64,000 bases of DNA from a bacterium (GCA_963676395.1 OY781066.1:320001-384000), one strand, 5' to 3'; shown: positions 51,758 through 62,436, numbered from the stretch's first letter. Notes: generated by a model not told the origin, from the sequence alone. Made by a program: numbers and translations.

Positions 51758-53286
51758 TACATGCTTTCAATTTTTTTCATATCAAAACGTGGAAACAAAG
51801 CTTTCATCTCACCGAGTTCGGTTCCGCTTTTAAGCTCTTCCCAAACCATTAAAGTTCCGGGGGTATCACCCATATTCAGCATGGAGAAAAACTCAGTCAT
51901 TTTTTCAGGAAGCAAAGGGTACAATAAGGAAGCTGAAAAACGCAGACTTGCCAAAGCTGTATAAAGCACTGTCGCAGTACTTTCCAGATCTGTCTTTGCC
52001 AATTTCCAAGGCTCTGTTTTTTCAAGATATTTATTGATAGATGTCACATAACCGATCACTTCGCTTGCGATCGCATTAATATTAAGATCTTCAAGCAGTT
52101 CCATGACCTTTTCTCTACATACTGTGGAATTATTTGCCATAGCTTTTTCATCTTCACCCAAGTCACCTGGAACGGGGATATTGCCATCATAATATTTTTT
52201 AATCAATTTAAAAATACGATTAACCAAGTTACCAAAATCATTTGCCAGATCAGTATTGTATGTTTGATAGAATCTTTCTTTAGAAAAATCCGAATCAGAA
52301 AACAAAGGACCTTCTTTGGCCATAAAATAACGATACACATCTTTACCGACATTGTCACAGTGCATTTGAATGGTTTCAAGATCAATAAAATTACCCAAAG
52401 ATTTACTCATCTTTTGACCTTCGGCTGTCCACCAACCGTGAGCAAAAACAGTCTTGGGTAGAGGAATACCAGCTGCCATCAACATCGTTGGCCAATACAC
52501 ACAATGTGTGGTTAAAATATCTTTTCCTATTAAATGAACAGCCGGCCACGTTTTATTAAATTTTTCATCATCCTGGAGGTAACCCGGTGCGGTTACATAG
52601 TTCAGCAATGCATCGAACCAAACATAGGTGACGTAATCTTTATCGAAAGGCAGTTCAATACCCCAGGATAAGCGTTCTTTGGGACGAGAAATACAAAGAT
52701 CCTTTAGTGGTTGTTTCAAGAAACCCAGTATTTCATTCTTGCGATTTTCCGGTTTAATGAAATTAGGATGTTCATTGATATACTTGATCAAATCATCCTG
52801 ATATTTGCTCATTTTAAAATAGTAATTTGTTTCAGAGATCTTACGGACATCGCGGTACTTGCCCTCTTGATAATCTTTTTCGGTAATAAATAGCTCATCG
52901 GCAACCGAATACCAACCTTCATATGTATCTTTGTAGATTTCTCCATCATCGTATAGTTTTTGTAAAACCTGTGTAACGACACTTTCATGGCGAGGTTCGG
53001 TCGTACGGATAAAATCATCAAAAGAAAGATTAAAATATGACCATAATTCGCGAAAGCGCGTTGCGTACAAATTGCAGTGTTCTTGCGGAGAAATACCGTT
53101 CTTTTCGGCGGCCTGTTGTACTTTTTGACCATGTTCATCGGTACCGGTTAAAAAGTACACATCATCCCCTTTCATGCGATGATACATGGCTACCATGTCG
53201 GCAATTAAAGTTGTGTAGGCCGAACCGATATGAGGACGGTCGTTAACATAGTATAATGGCGTTGTTACGTAAAATGAGTTAGACAT
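51757..53286 (-). CDS. metG: Methionine--tRNA ligase (short MetRS1-type)
   Basis: HIGS, TGTDEHG, YVWFDAL and KMSKS; no C-terminal appended domain. Confidence 0.96.
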   Translation of the reverse strand: MSNSFYVTTPLYYVNDRPHIGSAYTTLIADMVAMYHRMKGDDVYFLTGTDEHGQKVQQAAEKNGISPQEHCNLYATRFRELWSYFNLSFDDFIRTTEPRHESVVTQVLQKLYDDGEIYKDTYEGWYSVADELFITEKDYQEGKYRDVRKISETNYYFKMSKYQDDLIKYINEHPNFIKPENRKNEILGFLKQPLKDLCISRPKERLSWGIELPFDKDYVTYVWFDALLNYVTAPGYLQDDEKFNKTWPAVHLIGKDILTTHCVYWPTMLMAAGIPLPKTVFAHGWWTAEGQKMSKSLGNFIDLETIQMHCDNVGKDVYRYFMAKEGPLFSDSDFSKERFYQTYNTDLANDFGNLVNRIFKLIKKYYDGNIPVPGDLGEDEKAMANNSTVCREKVMELLEDLNINAIASEVIGYVTSINKYLEKTEPWKLAKTDLESTATVLYTALASLRFSASLLYPLLPEKMTEFFSMLNMGDTPGTLMVWEELKSGTELGEMKALFPRFDMKKIESM

Positions 53287-53388
53287 TAATTTTCTCTTTT
53301 AATTTCTAATTATGTTTTGGAGTCATCACCCGATATTGTAAAGATGTAAAATTTCGTGTCTTTACAAAACTGAAAACATGTTTAGGAT

Positions 53389-54045
53389 TTATTCAATATT
53401 GTTTGCTGCAAATAGATCAATAATTCGATCTGAGATCTCTTCAAGTTTACCGACACCATTAACTTTTTCAAGTAGTTCTTTCTCGCTGAAAAAATCAATC
53501 AGGGGTTCAGTATTTTTTTTGTAGACATTCATACGATTCAAAATGGTTTCGCGTTTATCATCATCACGTTGATATAGATCACCACCACAATTACGGCAAA
53601 CTGCACTTTCGGGTTTTCCATCCGGATAACCGACTGTTGTTGAGCATTCAATGCAGGTCCAACGAGAAGAAAGACGACGTACCAATTCTTCTTCCGGTAC
53701 ATCGATCAACAAAGCCATAGATAATTTAACACCCTGTTTGTTCAACATGGCAAGAAGTGCTTCAGCCTGAGGGACGGTACGAGGAAAACCATCAAGAATA
53801 TATCCTTGTTGCTGTGCTTCAAATTCAGCCGTGATCTTATCAAGAATATTGATCATCACGGAATCGGGAACCAATTCACCTTTATCCATATAGGATTTTG
53901 CTTCTTTGCCGAGATCGGTATCATTCTTGATCTCACCTCGTAGCAAATCACCTGTTGAAAGCTTTATAGCATTATATTTTTCTTTCAATACATCAGCCTG
54001 AGTTCCTTTGCCGGATCCTGGTCCACCCAATAGTACTAATCGCAT
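53389..54045 (-). CDS. adk: Adenylate kinase (Zn-binding LID)
   Basis: GGPGSGKGTQ, STGDLLR, LDGFPR and CxxC...CxxC. Confidence 0.96.
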   Translation of the reverse strand: MRLVLLGGPGSGKGTQADVLKEKYNAIKLSTGDLLRGEIKNDTDLGKEAKSYMDKGELVPDSVMINILDKITAEFEAQQQGYILDGFPRTVPQAEALLAMLNKQGVKLSMALLIDVPEEELVRRLSSRWTCIECSTTVGYPDGKPESAVCRNCGGDLYQRDDDKRETILNRMNVYKKNTEPLIDFFSEKELLEKVNGVGKLEEISDRIIDLFAANNIE

Positions 54046-54238
54046 TATATTTTCCTCGTATTATTCGTTTCAAAATCGTGATGTAATTTAATATTTCAAT
54101 AGCGTTTATGAAAGTGTAAACTAAGCTCAAGTAAAGAGGAATATGAATTTAATTCAAGTCAAATCAATTCTAAGTTTTTAATTCTTAATTATCATTTCTC
54201 TTCTTATATTTGGGTCAACATTTGGGAATAAATAATAT

Positions 54239-55285
54239 ATGAAATTAGCTCACAAGATTATTGTCCTGGCTTTTGCACTTAACACTGCAATCTTTGCGCT
54301 TTCACCTACAGCTGTTTGTATTGTGGGAGCCGGAGATATGATGCTAGGCACATCTTTCCCAGATTCATCCACATTATCACCCAAACCCGAAAAACTCCTG
54401 TCTCGCGTTGCTGACCATATTCGCGAGGCTGATGCGGCATTTGTAAATCTTGAAGGTTGTCTTATGGATTCCGGAGGCACTCCCAAAGATTGTTGGGGAA
54501 AAACATCACGTTGTTTTATTTTCAGGATGCCAGAGCATTATGTAGATTATATCATTGACGCCGGTTTCGATGCTATTTCTTTGGCAAACAATCATGCTAG
54601 AGACATGGGATACGAAGCCTACCGTCGTTCGCAAGCAGTTTGTGATGAAGCAGGACTTGCCCACGCAGGTATTTTTGATGCACCTTCAACCATCATTGAG
54701 CGCAACGGTCTATTATTCGGCTTTGCCGCCTTTTCTCCTCACTGGGGAACAGCTCGCATGTATGAATACGAAAAAGTAACAAACATCATCTCTCACTTGG
54801 AAGATACTTGCGATATCGTTGTTGTGATGTTCCATGGCGGTGGTGAGGGCGAAAACTATACGCATACGCCTAGAGAAAAAGAGATCTATAAAAGTTCAAA
54901 TCGTGGAGATGTATATAAATTTTCTCACACGGCTATTGATGCCGGTGCCGATGTCGTTTTTGGATCGGGACCGCATGTAACCCGTGCTGTCGAGTTATAT
55001 AAAGATCGACTGATCTGCTATTCTTTGGGTAATTTCTGTACCTACCGAAAATTTAATCTTAGCGGTCCTCGCGGTTATGCACCTCTTATGAAAGTTTACA
55101 CTTCACCTAGTGGTAAATTTCATTATGCACACGCCATCCCAATTACACAAAAGTGGCCGGGCGTACCGTTTATCGATGAAAACAAACAAGCAATCAAAGC
55201 ATTACAAATATTAACAAAAGAAGATTTCCCTGAAATGGATTCGGTGATCGTCATCGACGACAAGGGATTTATCAACAAACGCTAA
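54239..55285 (+). CDS. CapA/PGA_cap-family exported metallophosphoesterase
   Basis: GDMM, NLEG, LANNH..D, FHGG, G.GPHV and YSLGNF. Confidence 0.9.
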   Translation: MKLAHKIIVLAFALNTAIFALSPTAVCIVGAGDMMLGTSFPDSSTLSPKPEKLLSRVADHIREADAAFVNLEGCLMDSGGTPKDCWGKTSRCFIFRMPEHYVDYIIDAGFDAISLANNHARDMGYEAYRRSQAVCDEAGLAHAGIFDAPSTIIERNGLLFGFAAFSPHWGTARMYEYEKVTNIISHLEDTCDIVVVMFHGGGEGENYTHTPREKEIYKSSNRGDVYKFSHTAIDAGADVVFGSGPHVTRAVELYKDRLICYSLGNFCTYRKFNLSGPRGYAPLMKVYTSPSGKFHYAHAIPITQKWPGVPFIDENKQAIKALQILTKEDFPEMDSVIVIDDKGFINKR

Positions 55286-55294
55286 AGGAAAATT

Positions 55295-56476
55295 ATGGAC
55301 AGCGTACTTATTAAAGATCAATTTGGTTTACTCGCCATTCTTGTGGCTATCCCGGCGATCATTTTTGCCATCAACAATCATACGGCTTGGGGCAAAAAAT
55401 TCTTTGGCATTGTCCCTCCCTTGGTATTTGCTTACTTTATTCCCACCATTCTCACATCACTTGGTATTATTCCCGATTCTGCTCCTATTTACAAACAGAT
55501 CAAAACTTTCGTGCTTCCGGCTTCACTTTTGTTGCTTACATTGGCCATTGATGTAAAAGGCATTCTAAAACTGGGCTCAAAAGCATTAATCATGTTTCTG
55601 ACAGGTACCTTAGGTATCGTAATTGGTGGTCCGATTTCTCTTTTTATTTTCAAGAATGCTTTACCTCCCGAAATTTGGAAAGGTATGGCAGCATTAGCCG
55701 GTTCATGGATAGGAGGCGGTGCCAACTTTATTGCTATTGGGCAATCTGTAGGTACAACAGAATCTATGATGGGGGTAATGGTAATCGTAGATGTTTTAGC
55801 GGCAAATATACTTACCGGTATACTTTTCTTTCTTGCAGGACGCTCTGAAAAGATCGATGCACACCTGGGTGCCGATAATTCAGCTATTCACGAACTGCGC
55901 GATAAAGTCGTAAACTTCCAAAAGGAAACAAATCGCATCACAACCGCAACCGATTATTTTATTATGCTGGCTTTAGCCTTTGGTGGTGCTTACCTGGCTT
56001 ATATCCTTGGTAATGCACTTCCTGCCGTAGGTGATATCATCTCTCACTCTACTTGGAAAGTGATCATTATTACAACATTGGGTGTTGGACTATCTTTCAC
56101 ACCCATTAAAAAGTATGAAGGGGCCGGTGCGTCAAAACTCGGCACAGTTATGTTATATCTGCTTATTGGTGTGATCGGAGCTTCCGCAAACCTAAAAGCC
56201 GTGATGGAATATCCCGCACTCTTTGGTATGGGACTCACATGGTTAGCTATCCACTTACTCATCCTCTTTATTGTCATGAAACTTATCAAAGCACCACTCT
56301 TTTTCATGGCAGTCGGCTCACAGGCTAATGTTGGTGGTGCCGCATCCGCTCCCATCGTAGCATCGGCTTTCCATCCCGCCCTAGCTTCGGTAGGTGTTAT
56401 GTTGGGTATTGCCGGATACGTTTTAGGTACCTATGCTGCTCTTTTATGTGCTAAATTATTACTGCTGGTTTCATAG
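55295..56476 (+). CDS. DUF819-family membrane protein
   Basis: GSWIGGGAN and SQANVGG.ASAP.VA signatures. Confidence 0.88.
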   Translation: MDSVLIKDQFGLLAILVAIPAIIFAINNHTAWGKKFFGIVPPLVFAYFIPTILTSLGIIPDSAPIYKQIKTFVLPASLLLLTLAIDVKGILKLGSKALIMFLTGTLGIVIGGPISLFIFKNALPPEIWKGMAALAGSWIGGGANFIAIGQSVGTTESMMGVMVIVDVLAANILTGILFFLAGRSEKIDAHLGADNSAIHELRDKVVNFQKETNRITTATDYFIMLALAFGGAYLAYILGNALPAVGDIISHSTWKVIIITTLGVGLSFTPIKKYEGAGASKLGTVMLYLLIGVIGASANLKAVMEYPALFGMGLTWLAIHLLILFIVMKLIKAPLFFMAVGSQANVGGAASAPIVASAFHPALASVGVMLGIAGYVLGTYAALLCAKLLLLVS

Positions 56477-56484
56477 GTTAAATA

Positions 56485-57480
56485 ATGTCACTCAAGAAAT
56501 ACCTATTCATGTTTAAAAAATTCAAGGATGATCTTCGTCGTCCCAAGAAGGCTTTTGCTCTCAGCAAAGATCTGCATTCTCAGACATTAGGTGAGTATTA
56601 TTTTCTATTTAAAGAACAGCGCATCGCGAAAGGTGCCGATCAGGCACTGATCTCGAAATTTGATAAAAACGGAATCCCCATTAACAAAACCTATATTGAT
56701 GTTAAAGATAAAGATTATGTCTATTTTCCTATCTCTATAGGACAAATGGGGTTATCTGTATACCATACCTTTCTTGAAACAAAAAATAAAAAAGACAAAG
56801 ATCGTTTTTTAAAATTTGCCGATTGGTTCATGGAAAATGGTGAGCAAGATGATTATTTGGGATTTCGCTGGTTAACCGAAGTATCATTACCCGCATACAA
56901 AAATCCCGGTCCATGGCAATCCGCTTTTGCCCAAGCTCGTGGTATTTCGATCTTATTGAGGGCATATCAGTTAACAGAAAAAAAAGACTATGCCAACAAA
57001 GCTAAAGAAGCTTTAAGATCATTTCAAGTGCCGATCAGTGAGGGTGGTGTTACCTCCTTTACGAAATTTGGTCCTTTCTACGAAGAATACACCGCTAAAG
57101 TCCCGACATTGGTTCTAAATGGCATGATCTTTTCACTTTGTGGAGTTTACGATCTGCTACGCGTTTTCCCGGAAAATAAGGATGCACGCAAGGTTTTTGA
57201 TGATGGAATTGCATGTTTGGAAAACATCCTGCCGGAATTTGATATGAAATTCTGGAGTAAATATGACCTTTGTGCAGCTGATTGGTATCCTGAAATTAAT
57301 CCTGCAACTATTGGTTACCAACGATTACATGCCACTCAACTTGAATTATTGTTTGAGATCACTAACAAAGAAATCTTTAAAACGTTTGCAGAAAAATTTC
57401 GCAAACAGGATACCTTATTAAATGCAATAAGAATGTATCGAATTAAATTCTCGGCATTAAAACAAATAGGAAGACTATAA
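56485..57480 (+). CDS. D-glucuronyl C5-epimerase family protein
   Basis: W.SAFAQ...IS.L.RAY, GGV, FYEEY, VLNG.IF, WS.YDL and Y..LH..QL. Confidence 0.85.
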   Translation: MSLKKYLFMFKKFKDDLRRPKKAFALSKDLHSQTLGEYYFLFKEQRIAKGADQALISKFDKNGIPINKTYIDVKDKDYVYFPISIGQMGLSVYHTFLETKNKKDKDRFLKFADWFMENGEQDDYLGFRWLTEVSLPAYKNPGPWQSAFAQARGISILLRAYQLTEKKDYANKAKEALRSFQVPISEGGVTSFTKFGPFYEEYTAKVPTLVLNGMIFSLCGVYDLLRVFPENKDARKVFDDGIACLENILPEFDMKFWSKYDLCAADWYPEINPATIGYQRLHATQLELLFEITNKEIFKTFAEKFRKQDTLLNAIRMYRIKFSALKQIGRL

Positions 57481-57509
57481 AAAGCGTACTTTTTTAACAG
57501 GAGGGTACC

Positions 57510-57914
57510 ATGAAAAAAGGTTTAACAATTTTCCTAATCACAATCGGTGTATTGGTCTTGATTGTCCTGGCAGGTGTATTACACTTTAACAATCAATTTA
57601 AAGCGTTTCTAAAAGATTTAGATCAGGAATACGCCAAAATCGAAAAAGTGGATCTCACTCAACTACCTGATGGCGAATATCATGGGAGATACGGTAAAAT
57701 CCCGGTTATGTTCGATTTAGAGGTGATCGTTAGAAATCACCAAATCGATAAGATCATTGTTGTGGAAAAATCATCAGGGCCCGATCACGATGCTCCAGAA
57801 ACAATGGATCGCATCATTAAAGCTCAACAATGTAAGGTCGATGTCGTTACCGGAGCAACAACCAGCTCAAAAGCTATTATGGTGGCTGCTTATAAAGCTC
57901 TGACGAGCATTTAG
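57510..57914 (+). CDS. Membrane-anchored FMN-binding (flavinylated) domain protein
   Basis: N-terminal TM segment; DGEY.G; VDVVTGATTSS flavinylation motif. Confidence 0.88.
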   Translation: MKKGLTIFLITIGVLVLIVLAGVLHFNNQFKAFLKDLDQEYAKIEKVDLTQLPDGEYHGRYGKIPVMFDLEVIVRNHQIDKIIVVEKSSGPDHDAPETMDRIIKAQQCKVDVVTGATTSSKAIMVAAYKALTSI

Positions 57915-57981
57915 ATTAAGTAAAAGGAAAAAGATAAAAGTGAGGTTTTCAAATTTATAAGTTTACTTTTTAATTTCCTTT

Positions 57982-58776
57982 TTACTTATCCAGCAAAGCT
58001 GAAATATTCTCCGGTGAAAACACTCTCTCCAAAAGAGGTGTTACTCTGGCTGAAGTTTCCTTGCGAATATTTTTTTCTGAGTCCGCTATCTTAAGAAACA
58101 AACCATCTAATGCTTGTCCGGTTAAATAGCGACTTAAATCCGTTTCAACAGGTTGAAGTCCGGCAATCCTCCCTACGATAGATCCGGCAATTTCATTCCA
58201 TTTCCCTGTCAATTCATCCCAGCTGTTTTGTGGTGAAACATCTTCAATATACACCTTATCCAATGATGATTGAATCTGTGGTTGATATAGATCCATTAAC
58301 TCATTGTACTTATCCTGCTTTAAATATTTTGTAGCGGCATCGTCAGCTCCGGCTAAGACAGCCACAGCATCACTGAAAGTCATATCATTTATACTCTCAG
58401 TCAAAATTGGAGTTGCCTGCGCTGCGGCATCAGAGGCAGCATCATTTATCCCTGTCATTAATTTGTCTATCAAATACTGTCCACCCGGGATCTTTGCCAC
58501 ATTTTCCAAGATCATATCCGTTTCCGGTGGTAAAAGTATTTTAACCGATTCATCGGAAAAATAGCCATCGGATCCCGAAAGATCCGCTACGGACTGTTCA
58601 ACACCAAAAGTAAGTGCTTCCTTTAAGCCTGCGATGATATCAGTTTCAGATAAAAGAGTATTCTTCGTTTGTGAGCTTGATGCTGATTCTAAGAGAGTGT
58701 TCAATACTTGTGTCAATTCAGCACAACCGGTTAATAAAAACAATGATAGCAGTAAAAATAGAAAATTCTTTTTCAT
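57982..58776 (-). CDS. DUF4197-family lipoprotein
   Basis: Lipobox LTGC; GLKEAL..G, IN.AA..AA, AAT.YL and ALDGLF....E..IR. Confidence 0.88.
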   Translation of the reverse strand: MKKNFLFLLLSLFLLTGCAELTQVLNTLLESASSSQTKNTLLSETDIIAGLKEALTFGVEQSVADLSGSDGYFSDESVKILLPPETDMILENVAKIPGGQYLIDKLMTGINDAASDAAAQATPILTESINDMTFSDAVAVLAGADDAATKYLKQDKYNELMDLYQPQIQSSLDKVYIEDVSPQNSWDELTGKWNEIAGSIVGRIAGLQPVETDLSRYLTGQALDGLFLKIADSEKNIRKETSARVTPLLERVFSPENISALLDK

Positions 58777-58893
58777 GGTTACCTCGATGTAATTTCAGTA
58801 AATATCCAAACTTCAGTCATTCAACGACATTGAGTTTAGCCAAGGTGTACAAATTTATTATGTCCGACTTAATTTAAAACTCAAAACTGTTAT

Positions 58894-60285
58894 TTATGTA
58901 AGTTCCACTTCTTCTTCGTAAACCGGAATATGTGTATACCACCCCAATTGATCTTTGATTAATTCTTGAAGATTTTTTGATGATTCAGGTTCGCCATGTA
59001 CAATAAAAGTCTGCCTAGGCGCTTTTTTAAAATCCTTTAACCAAGCAAGAATCTCATTATAATCGGCATGAGCCGAAAAATCGGAAATCGTTTCAATAGA
59101 TGCAGCTGACTTAACCTGCTGTCCGTGGATCTTAATTTTATCATTCCCACGTTGCAAGGCACGACCGCGGGTTCCTTCGGCCTGGTAGCCGACAAACACA
59201 ACAGAATTTTTCTTCAAAGGCAAGCGACGCAATAAATGATGCAATATTCTTCCTCCGGTCAACATGCCCGAAGCGGAAATAATAATACAAGGTTGGTCCA
59301 TCGCATTTACCCTTTTCGATGCATCTACACTTTCCGTAAACTCGGTTCGTCGGGTTAACAAAACATCCGTACCTTCATTTTTAAGCTTATTGGCTTCTTC
59401 ATCGTAGATCTCTGTATGTTTAGAATAAAGTTTAGTAGCTTTAATGGCCATAGGACTATCAACATAAACAGGCAGAGTTGGGATTCTACCCTCACTCTCC
59501 AATTCTCGTAAGGTATATAGCAATTCCTGAGTACGTCCCACAGCAAAAGCCGGGATCACGACTGTCCCACCTCGCTTTACGGTTTCATTAATAATACGAG
59601 TCAATTCTTCCTGGGGGTCGCCTTCATCATGAAGTCGGGCTCCATATGTAGATTCTACAAGAAGATAATCAGCGTCTATCACAGTAGAAGGATCTTTGAG
59701 AATAGGGCGACCATAACGTCCCAAATCACCTGAAAATACGATCTTTCGCTCTTCGTTGCCCTCTTTCCATCTTCCTATCACAAAGGCCGAACCAAGAATA
59801 TGCCCGGCATCACGAAATGTCATCAAAACCTTATCTGAAGGTCTAAAAGCTTCTTCGTAAGGTATACCATGTAAAAGTGAAACAGTTTTTTTTGCATCTT
59901 CTATAGAATATAAAGGCAAAGCAGGTGTATGACGAGTATGCCCTTTCTTGTTTGCATACTTTGCATCTTCTTCCTGCAAATGTGCAGAATCCAATAACAT
60001 GATCTGTAAAAGATCGCGTGTTGGTTCCGTACAATATATTGGCTTATTGTACCCCTGTTTGATCAACCTTGGCAGATAACCTGTATGATCAATATGTGCA
60101 TGCGTTAAAACAATTGCATCCAGCTCATTTACATTCATTCTTAATGGTGTCCAGTTACGCAGACGCAATTCCTTCAACCCCTGAAACAGGCCACAATCAA
60201 TCATGATCTTGGAATTTTGGTAAGTAAAAACATACTTCGACCCGGTCACTGTCCCGGTCGCACCTAGAAATTGTAATTTAGCCAT
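58894..60285 (-). CDS. Beta-CASP metallo-beta-lactamase ribonuclease
   Basis: VTGS, DCGLFQG, THAHIDH, AGHILGS, SGDLG, ESTYG, FSAHAD and VHGE. Confidence 0.93.
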   Translation of the reverse strand: MAKLQFLGATGTVTGSKYVFTYQNSKIMIDCGLFQGLKELRLRNWTPLRMNVNELDAIVLTHAHIDHTGYLPRLIKQGYNKPIYCTEPTRDLLQIMLLDSAHLQEEDAKYANKKGHTRHTPALPLYSIEDAKKTVSLLHGIPYEEAFRPSDKVLMTFRDAGHILGSAFVIGRWKEGNEERKIVFSGDLGRYGRPILKDPSTVIDADYLLVESTYGARLHDEGDPQEELTRIINETVKRGGTVVIPAFAVGRTQELLYTLRELESEGRIPTLPVYVDSPMAIKATKLYSKHTEIYDEEANKLKNEGTDVLLTRRTEFTESVDASKRVNAMDQPCIIISASGMLTGGRILHHLLRRLPLKKNSVVFVGYQAEGTRGRALQRGNDKIKIHGQQVKSAASIETISDFSAHADYNEILAWLKDFKKAPRQTFIVHGEPESSKNLQELIKDQLGWYTHIPVYEEEVELT

Positions 60286-60287
60286 GT

Positions 60288-61520
60288 TTATTCCTTATTA
60301 ATTTCTTTCGAGAAATAGACGGTTAACTCTTCTTTAATCATTTTTATAAGGACTGATTTGGCATAAGCATTTAATTCGAGTCCGTTATTAAAATACCTAT
60401 CATTATCTAGTATTGATGAAGTTGCAGTTAATTCCGCTTCAAGATCAACAAGTCTATTGGGAGCCTTTTCAGCAGCTAAATAAAGCAAATCTTTAAAATC
60501 TTCGTCCATCCTGACCTTAAAGGCATCAAGCTTTATAGCTTTATTGAAATATTCTATTGCCAAGTCTAAATTATTATTTTTCTCTTCAAGCAGTGCCTTA
60601 CAATAATAGTATATGGCGGTTTCGGGTTCCCATGCATAAAGGTCTTCCAACCACTTTTCTATAGAATAATTATCGGCTACTCGTAAAATCTCATTGAACT
60701 CCCTGACAAATTCAATATCATTCAGTTCTTTGTCATCAAAATACGAACGGTATGGTTTTTCTTTTATATTTACAGGAAGATTAACAAAAAATATGGGCAC
60801 ATTAATTTTTTTATCCATTCTAGATAAATTCTTAGCAAAATATTGCAAGCTTTCTTTGTATTCTACAGAATCAGTTTCAATGGCCCAAAAATCAAGATTA
60901 TCCGGCGGAAAACTTGATTGAAACGGTTTTTTTAAATATAAAAATCTGTCTAGAACTTGAATTAAACGATGATTCTTCATCCGAACATATGCACTAAGAC
61001 CCCAATAATTATTTATATCGCGCATCCATGCGCTTTTTTTAGGCAGACCATAAAACTCATTCCTTCCTGTAAACACAATACACGCATCTGCTTTATTTTT
61101 GCGGGCAGAAGCGACCATTCGTTTAACCGCAAAAGAATTTGTAAATGGTACAGCTATCTGAATAACATCAACTTTCTTTCCATTTTTTAAAATAAAGTCA
61201 GGTAATAATGCTTCCGTTTGAGTTTCCGGTAAAGCTTGTATCAAACTATGATCCGAGATCAAAAAGACTCTATAAGTATCCTCGGTCTTCTCTTTATCAA
61301 AATCCTGAATTAAAAGATCCATTTCAGGGAACTGTTTATCACATAAATATTGTTTATAATGATTGGGATTAAGCTCCATTTTCAAACCATCTTCAGATTT
61401 TTGAAACATTAGATAGGAATTACCTACACCTAAAAATCTTAATGCAAGTTCTAAAAGGACAACGATCAGGATCGGAGATAATCTAAAAAAAACATTGTAC
61501 AAATTTCGTCTAAAGGACAT
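60288..61520 (-). CDS. Membrane-anchored degenerate SGNH-like protein with a TPR segment
   Basis: LLELALR..G anchor; RVF...; G.NEFYG block; TPR-like AIEYFNKAIKLD. Confidence 0.65.
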   Translation of the reverse strand: MSFRRNLYNVFFRLSPILIVVLLELALRFLGVGNSYLMFQKSEDGLKMELNPNHYKQYLCDKQFPEMDLLIQDFDKEKTEDTYRVFLISDHSLIQALPETQTEALLPDFILKNGKKVDVIQIAVPFTNSFAVKRMVASARKNKADACIVFTGRNEFYGLPKKSAWMRDINNYWGLSAYVRMKNHRLIQVLDRFLYLKKPFQSSFPPDNLDFWAIETDSVEYKESLQYFAKNLSRMDKKINVPIFFVNLPVNIKEKPYRSYFDDKELNDIEFVREFNEILRVADNYSIEKWLEDLYAWEPETAIYYYCKALLEEKNNNLDLAIEYFNKAIKLDAFKVRMDEDFKDLLYLAAEKAPNRLVDLEAELTATSSILDNDRYFNNGLELNAYAKSVLIKMIKEELTVYFSKEINKE

Positions 61521-61526
61521 AATGAC

Positions 61527-61694
61527 CTACGGCATGGGGTATGGCATTAAATTGGAATTCGTTCCAACAACTATAATCAAAATGATTATAAATATAACAA
61601 ATAATGACAACAGAATATAATGATGTCGATCAAAAACAAAACCAATCATGGTTTTCAACAATAAAGCAAAGTCATTTTCGTTTTTTTCTTTCAT
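61527..61694 (-). CDS. 55-aa single-TM protein, DUF5989-like (absent from the ORF track)
   Basis: Hand translation: MKEKNENDFALLLKTMIGFVFDRHHYILLSLFVIFIIILIIVVGTNSNLMPYPMP; fills the operon gap. Confidence 0.6.
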   Translation of the reverse strand: MKEKNENDFALLLKTMIGFVFDRHHYILLSLFVIFIIILIIVVGTNSNLMPYPMP

Positions 61695-61735
61695 GCTAAA
61701 ATATAATTATAAATGTTAGATTGAGCTAAACTATC

Positions 61736-62413
61736 TTAATTCTTTTTATAATAAATTAAGGGAATTAGGATCAAGTTATTCAAATTAATCATAATATGGA
61801 TCATGATCGCAAAGTACAAACTTTTTCCTGCAGCTACTGATACACACAACACAATTGAACTTAAAAATATCCAAAGCGTAGACCAAAACCCCTGTACACC
61901 GGCATGAAACAAAGCAAAAAAAGTTGACAAGATCAAAACGCTCCATAGCCAATGTGACCAAAGAGGCAATATGGCTAACAATATATATCCTCTAAAAAGG
62001 ATCTCCTCTTGGATAGACCCAACGATAGAGATTAATACGGCCCACTTCTTTTGTTTTCTATTCTGTGGCAATAAATGATCAGCTCGATGTATCCAAGTAG
62101 GAATATCTCGTTTCATTAACCAAGCAACAAGATTATCAAAGGCAAGCAACAGATGTGAAAGAAAGGTACCTACTATGATCCCAAAAATAATATCCCAATA
62201 CCATTTATCTGAAACAAATAAACCTTTAAAATTAATAAACCAGCTTTCTAAACCCGGGTAGGGTTTCGGCGATCTATGGAGAAGTAATACAATAACAGTG
62301 TATATAATCAACAAAAAAACAAAGATGATCGCTTGTTGGATCATTCCCCACTTATTCCACAACATGTCAGAGCTTATCTGCAATTCGTTGTGTTGTTGAT
62401 CATTATCGTTCAT
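61736..62413 (-). CDS. CPBP/Abi intramembrane metalloprotease
   Basis: EEILFRG, FALFH and H...N. Confidence 0.88.
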   Translation of the reverse strand: MNDNDQQHNELQISSDMLWNKWGMIQQAIIFVFLLIIYTVIVLLLHRSPKPYPGLESWFINFKGLFVSDKWYWDIIFGIIVGTFLSHLLLAFDNLVAWLMKRDIPTWIHRADHLLPQNRKQKKWAVLISIVGSIQEEILFRGYILLAILPLWSHWLWSVLILSTFFALFHAGVQGFWSTLWIFLSSIVLCVSVAAGKSLYFAIMIHIMINLNNLILIPLIYYKKN

Positions 62414-62436
62414 TAAACACTTCCTTTTGGAATATA

